Origin: an archaeon
GTDB lineage: Archaea > Asgardarchaeota > Thorarchaeia > Thorarchaeales > Thorarchaeaceae
DNA length: 32,000 nt
Direction of reading: 5' to 3'
NCBI GenBank assembly: GCA_024275415.1
Contig: JAJRZD010000022.1
Location: 1 to 32,000, forward strand
In this document: one piece after another, positions 27,498-32,000 of the stretch
How the letters are laid out: each line of letters begins with the position of its first letter
Numbering within the stretch: the stretch's first letter is position 1
The notes under the pieces: model-generated
The model's input: the letters and a program-made list of their open reading frames with translations, nothing else
Told to the model about the DNA's origin: nothing
Database searches by the model: none
Translations under genes and position numbers: made by a program

Positions 27498-29051
27498 TCA
27501 CAATGGGATATTCCCATGTTTCTTTGGCGGACGGGTTTGACGCTTGGTTTCAAGCAGGTCTAGTCCTTTGCATATGAGGGGACGGGTTTCGTGGGGGAAG
27601 ATGACCTTGTCTATGTACCCTAGTCCTGCCGCGATATAGGGGTTGGCGAATTTCTCTCGGTACTCCTTGGTCAGTTCAGCCCGCTTTTTCTCCTTGTTTT
27701 TTGCGGCCTCGATCTCTTTCCTGAAGATGATATTGATTGCACCATCAGGACCCATTACTGCAATCTCTGCAGTAGGCCACGCGAACACAAGGTCTGCTCC
27801 AATATGTTTGGATGCCATGACATCAAAAGCACCACCATATCCTTTCCTAGTGATGATGGTGATGAGAGGGACGGTGGCCTCGGCGTACGCATAGAGAATT
27901 TTTGCACCGTGACGAATGATCCCTCCCCATTCTTGTGCAGTCCCTGGTAGGTATCCCGGCACATCTTGGAACGTGATGATGGGGATGTTGAATGCATCAC
28001 AAGTACGGACAAAACGAGCACATTTGTCAGAAGCGTTGATGTCAATTGTCCCCGCAAGATGGGCTGGGTTCTGACCAACGATGCCGACAGCCCGACCATC
28101 GAACCTCGCAAAGCCGGTAATCATGTTCTGAGCCCAGTGTTCATGAACCTCGAAGAACTCGCCATTGTCCACAAGTTTTCTGACTACATCACGCATATCG
28201 TATGGCTTGTTGGGATCATCGGGTACGATATCATCAATCGACATATCGACATCATCGGGAGCGTGTCCAGTTTCAAACCGCGGCGGATCCTCCATATTGT
28301 TGCTCGGCAAATAACTGAGCAGCGTTCGTATCTGGTCGAAACAATGCTCTTCGTCCTCGCTGGCAAACTGGGCAACACCACTCACGGAGTTGTGGGTCAT
28401 TGCACCACCAAGCTCCTCGAAGGTAACTTCCTCCCCCGTCACCGTCTTGATGACATCGGGGCCCGTGATGAACATGTGAGCCGATTCTTTCACCATGATG
28501 GTAAAATCTGTGACTGCTGGGCTATACACAGCACCACCAGCACAAGGGCCCAGGACAGCAGAGATTTGAGGAATGACGCCGCTTGCAAGAGTGTTGCGTC
28601 TGAATATCTTACAATATGCCACGAGACTCTTGATGCCTTCTTGCACCCGCGCACCGGCTCCCGAGTTCAACCCGACAAGAGGGGCACCCACTTCCATGGC
28701 AAGATCCATTATCTTTACGATCTTCTCGCCGTACATCTCGGATAATGAGCCGCCAAAGACAGTGAAATCCTGGCTGAAAATGAAAACCTTTCTCCCGTTG
28801 ATGGTGCCATAACCGGTCACAACGCCATCGCCATAGATCTTCTTCTTGTCCATCCCGAAGTTGGTTTCACGGTGCACTACGAACTCGTCAATCTCGACAA
28901 AGGAGCCCGGATCAAGGAGTTTGTCGATTCTCTCTCTTGCAGTGAGCCGGCCTCGATCATGCTCCCGCTTGATTCTCTCTTCGCCGCCTCCAAGTTTGGC
29001 TTCTTCTCGCTTCCGTTTCAATTCCTCGAATTTATCATTGGCCATGTTCAT
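27498..29051 (-). CDS. pccB: Acyl-CoA carboxyltransferase subunit (PccB / MmdA / transcarboxylase 12S-like)
   Basis: GGGEERI...GRLTARERI..LLDPGSF, GDGVVTG, SQDFTVFGGS, GARVQEG, GPCAGGAVYSPA, DVPGYLPG..QE.GGIIRHGAK, YGGA, KKHGNIPL. Confidence 0.95.
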   Translation of the reverse strand: MNMANDKFEELKRKREEAKLGGGEERIKREHDRGRLTARERIDKLLDPGSFVEIDEFVVHRETNFGMDKKKIYGDGVVTGYGTINGRKVFIFSQDFTVFGGSLSEMYGEKIVKIMDLAMEVGAPLVGLNSGAGARVQEGIKSLVAYCKIFRRNTLASGVIPQISAVLGPCAGGAVYSPAVTDFTIMVKESAHMFITGPDVIKTVTGEEVTFEELGGAMTHNSVSGVAQFASEDEEHCFDQIRTLLSYLPSNNMEDPPRFETGHAPDDVDMSIDDIVPDDPNKPYDMRDVVRKLVDNGEFFEVHEHWAQNMITGFARFDGRAVGIVGQNPAHLAGTIDINASDKCARFVRTCDAFNIPIITFQDVPGYLPGTAQEWGGIIRHGAKILYAYAEATVPLITIITRKGYGGAFDVMASKHIGADLVFAWPTAEIAVMGPDGAINIIFRKEIEAAKNKEKKRAELTKEYREKFANPYIAAGLGYIDKVIFPHETRPLICKGLDLLETKRQTRPPKKHGNIPL

Positions 29052-29286
29052 ACCATCCTGTGTGCGAGGGCTAAAAGGAACTCATCTCTCGGTTTTTTGA
29101 ATGTTCTGATTCTGCCTGGAATACAAGTCCAACAGGATCGGGAGGGGGAAAATCGAATTATCAATATCGTATTGATGATGAGCATTGTAGATGAGGTATT
29201 TGGCAGGTTCTCGTCATTTGTGCAAAGAGTGTTTATCAAAATTGCAGTGTTATCTCTATTAGAAGGCGAATGTACAGGAGTCTATT

Positions 29287-30204
29287 TTGATGGCAAAAGT
29301 TGAACTCTCGTATATTAATCGACAAGGTAGAACTAAGACTCTCTCGGTGAACCATACTGCGACCAGAATTGAGTTCACCAATAAGGGTATCGCGTCGATT
29401 GACCTTTCGCCGATCAGAGAATGTATAAGACTGAGAGATTTTCTAATATATGGCAATGAGCTTGTTGAACTCGACCTCACGCCGCTTCAGGGATGCCCTC
29501 TACTTAGGACACTGGTTCTTCGTGATAACAGGCTGCGAGAGATTGATCTCAGCCCTATTAGAGAGAGCATGGAACTATCAAGATTGGATCTCCGGGAGAA
29601 CCAACTCCAATCACTGGACTTGGAACCACTTGCGAATCATCAAGGTCTGGACAAGTTCCAACTGGAGAAGAACCCACTACTGGAACTGGATATTAGCCCT
29701 TTGCTAACATGTAGAGGATTAAAGGAAGTCACTCTAGATAGACACCTAAAACTCAAGGCTTCCCGAAGTCTTGCTGGCGCGGTACGCGGACCAATGACCA
29801 AGTACAGAAACAGAATCGTGTGGTATGAAAGACAATTCACCCCAACGTCAACGCAAAAGCCGATACAAGCAGTATCATCGAATCATGCAAGCAACATGGC
29901 ACTCGGAGTTTTGAAATCTGTCCCAAGAATCACTATGCAAGAATTGACCAGGTATACGGACATGTCAGTCGAAGACACACGAGACCTCGTATTCCTTCTT
30001 GTAGGCGAAGGAAAGGTTTCCGGACGATATGAGCCTTCCACTGACGAGTTCATCTCACTTGATGCGGTTCAGACTGTGAAAGAGCTCAGGTCTGACGAGA
30101 TAGTGGTTCAAAGATGCCAATACTGTGGAAGCCCACTTCCCAGACGTTTGATTCCTGGCGATAGGATCGCCTGCGAAGCTTGCGGTCAAACGAACGAAGC
30201 GTAG
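29287..30204 (+). CDS. Leucine-rich-repeat protein with PCI-like winged helix and C-terminal zinc ribbon
   Basis: About five 23-aa repeats (LxxLDLxPLxxxxxLxxLxLxxN); ITMQELTRYTDMSVEDTRDLVFLLVGEGKVSGRYEPSTDEFI; CQYC...CEAC. Confidence 0.82.
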   Translation: MMAKVELSYINRQGRTKTLSVNHTATRIEFTNKGIASIDLSPIRECIRLRDFLIYGNELVELDLTPLQGCPLLRTLVLRDNRLREIDLSPIRESMELSRLDLRENQLQSLDLEPLANHQGLDKFQLEKNPLLELDISPLLTCRGLKEVTLDRHLKLKASRSLAGAVRGPMTKYRNRIVWYERQFTPTSTQKPIQAVSSNHASNMALGVLKSVPRITMQELTRYTDMSVEDTRDLVFLLVGEGKVSGRYEPSTDEFISLDAVQTVKELRSDEIVVQRCQYCGSPLPRRLIPGDRIACEACGQTNEA

Positions 30205-30363
30205 ACCCATTCATACATTGTAGATACCTCCATAACCAACGAAAATCTGCCAGAGGGATAAGATACTGTATGACACATATCGGCAGTATTGCTCACAGGA
30301 CGCACATTCTTGAATCCCGGAATGAACAGCCATTCATTTGATGGGATAACATGTCCTAGAAGG

Positions 30364-31224
30364 TTAGGATTTGTTGGCTTCTCGAAGATACGAAACTTTG
30401 GCGAACTCATCCAGATCACTCCGGGTCAACGCCTCATTAATGGACATCCCTATCAGTTCTACGCCTAGTTTCAAAGATGCTTTGTCGAGCCATGCTTCTC
30501 TTGTGTCCCGTGCGATAATGCTAGCTGCTGCAACGGCACATTCTTTCTCGGCATTATGCATCTGAACGACTTCAGCCTGTGTGACATCGATTCGCCGTTC
30601 AAGTCGCTCATTCATCTTCTTCCTGTCAAACTCGTCGATGACTATTCTGATTGGCTGTGCTTTTACTCTCAGATCTTCGAATACATTCCCGATGGCTTCT
30701 GCATGTGCCCAGGCAAGGAGATGATTGAGATTCTTGCCCTCAGCACGCATCTCGGCAAGGCGTCGTTCAAAGGTCTTTGGTGGTATTGTTATCGATTGGG
30801 ATGCAAGAGAATGCTCTTCGATTTCGAAAGCGAGCTCTCCAATCTTGTAGGGGGACAGCTGCTTGCTGTCCATGACTCCAACACTGCGAAGGTAGGCCTC
30901 CTGCTCTGCATCAATCCCGACGGCCGCGACAACAAGCGGGCCTAGCCACTCGCCCTTACCAGCTTCATCAGACCCGATGGTAATGGCAGTAGAGCCACCG
31001 GACATGATTTGCTGTACTGAATCCCTGAGCAGCTTTGCGGTTTCAGGGGAGTTGGCCACGACCTTCCCGCTGGAATAGCCAACAATCAGCCCTCCTGCAT
31101 AATAGAAGCGAAACGCCTCGTATTGGTTGGAAAGGCGTCGTTGATGTGTGTTCTCGTGATCCATAAGAAGCACACGTAGTTCATCCAAATGCTCAGGCGA
31201 TATCTTTACCACGTAGGGATCCAT
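30364..31224 (-). CDS. rnhC: Ribonuclease H type 2, HIII-like (with N-terminal TBP-like domain)
   Basis: IGSDEAGKGEWLGPLVVAA, GVMDSK, LNHLLAWAHAEAI, IDEF, AVAAASIIAR plus a ~75-aa N-terminal domain ending GYSSGKVV. Probable ATG 31224, 4 nt after the birA stop. Confidence 0.8.
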   Translation of the reverse strand: MDPYVVKISPEHLDELRVLLMDHENTHQRRLSNQYEAFRFYYAGGLIVGYSSGKVVANSPETAKLLRDSVQQIMSGGSTAITIGSDEAGKGEWLGPLVVAAVGIDAEQEAYLRSVGVMDSKQLSPYKIGELAFEIEEHSLASQSITIPPKTFERRLAEMRAEGKNLNHLLAWAHAEAIGNVFEDLRVKAQPIRIVIDEFDRKKMNERLERRIDVTQAEVVQMHNAEKECAVAAASIIARDTREAWLDKASLKLGVELIGMSINEALTRSDLDEFAKVSYLREANKS

Positions 31225-31228
31225 TCTT

Positions 31229-31999
31229 CTAATCACATCCTCGAAGGTGAGTGACTTCACCTGAATTGACACGATGTGTACGACCTGCATCATCTCGTAT
31301 CAATAGTGAACCATCTCTCTCGATGTCAAAAGCAATGCCCACCAGTTCTGTCCCATGTATCCGTGCCACTACCTGTTTCCCAAGGGTCAGACAGTGTGTC
31401 CTATACACGGAAACTACGTTCGATAGGGAAGGGCACTCCACAAGCCAAGATTCAAGTGCGACCACAATGGCAGCGAGGAACTCTTCAAGATTGTGCTCCT
31501 TTCCAGTTTCAATCCTGAGAGATGTAGCATGTGAACGGATTTCTTCAGGAAACATGTTCGGAAGTGTGTTGACGTTGATGCCAGCACCAACAACAAGTCC
31601 CTTTATTCTTTCATCATCCGTGACTAGTTCTGAGAGGATACCACATACCTTCCTGTTGCTTACTAACAGGTCATTCGGCCACTTGAGCATACACTCCAAT
31701 CCGGATTTTTTATGGATAACTTCGCGGATGACACAGGCGACCATCAGCCCGTAGAGCGGAAGGGAAACCACCTCGGATGACGGGAGAAGAACCAGTGAGA
31801 AATACAGACCTCCCTTGGGAGAATGCCAAGCACGTCCTAGTCTTCCTCGTCCATGAGTCTGCGCTTCAGCAACAACGAGTGTCCCATGTCCAGCCCCTTG
31901 GGATAGCAGTCCTTTCGCGATAGTGTTCGTTGAATCGACTATATCGAACACCTCTACACGGTGTTGTGCGGATGATGTCAGCAGATTTGAGAGTAACCG
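31229..31999 (-). CDS. birA: Biotin--[acetyl-CoA-carboxylase] ligase; 5' end runs off the window
   Basis: DSTN, AEAQTHGRGRLGRAWHSP, KWPNDL, KVCGIL, GAGINV motifs; frame is open to the window edge. Confidence 0.95.
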   Translation of the reverse strand, partial: RLLSNLLTSSAQHRVEVFDIVDSTNTIAKGLLSQGAGHGTLVVAEAQTHGRGRLGRAWHSPKGGLYFSLVLLPSSEVVSLPLYGLMVACVIREVIHKKSGLECMLKWPNDLLVSNRKVCGILSELVTDDERIKGLVVGAGINVNTLPNMFPEEIRSHATSLRIETGKEHNLEEFLAAIVVALESWLVECPSLSNVVSVYRTHCLTLGKQVVARIHGTELVGIAFDIERDGSLLIRDDAGRTHRVNSGEVTHLRGCD

Positions 32000-32000
32000 T

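Noticed and set aside
27966-28745. 259-aa plus-strand ORF (also 2371-2727, 3013-3336, 30556-30945, 31251-31754 and similar)
   Set aside because: Antisense shadows of well-conserved genes with no recognisable motifs.
30186-30419. 77-aa minus-strand ORF between the LRR gene and rnhC
   Set aside because: It overlaps both neighbours and has no RBS or motif support.
347-31999. Genome-wide reassignment of TAG to pyrrolysine
   Set aside because: TAG ends at least nine genes at natural C-termini (5504, 12487, 12939, 15573, 19299, 19993, 21564, 30204, 31229), one followed 4 nt later by the next start.
1-32000. tRNA/rRNA genes, IS elements, integrases, CRISPR arrays, defence systems
   Set aside because: No cloverleaf with T-loop/D-loop consensus, transposase/integrase motif, terminal inverted repeats or regular repeat-spacer pattern was seen by eye.

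Overview
Archaeal chromosomal window, most likely from an Asgard archaeon (Thorarchaeia-like). This is an inference from GGTGA/GAGGT ribosome-binding sites, a longin-like protein, an LRR-PCI-zinc-ribbon protein and tandem Lrp-type regulators. No rRNA, tRNA, CRISPR array or mobile element was recognised. Metabolic genes include four biotin-dependent components spread across the window (5S/PycB-like carboxyltransferase, biotin carrier, 12S/PccB-like carboxyltransferase, BirA) with no biotin carboxylase in view. Also present are a thiolase-fold protein lacking both catalytic Cys, purH, nfi and an RNase HIII-type gene. Accessory genes are rich in surface and membrane proteins: a ~1840-aa protein with Ca-binding FG-GAP-like repeats, Ig-like domains and a C-terminal 7-TM bundle (adhesion-GPCR-like layout), a secreted Zn-phospholipase C-like protein with two PPC domains, a His/Met-rich surface protein module and two paralogous stand-alone 7-TM proteins. 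Four otherwise intact genes carry single lesions hidden by the ORF track: a 1-nt deletion (~6654), an in-frame TAA in purH (7884), an in-frame TGA exactly at a CxxC cysteine (16040) and an in-frame TAG in the giant surface protein (22156). All family assignments are from motif recognition by eye; no searches were run.
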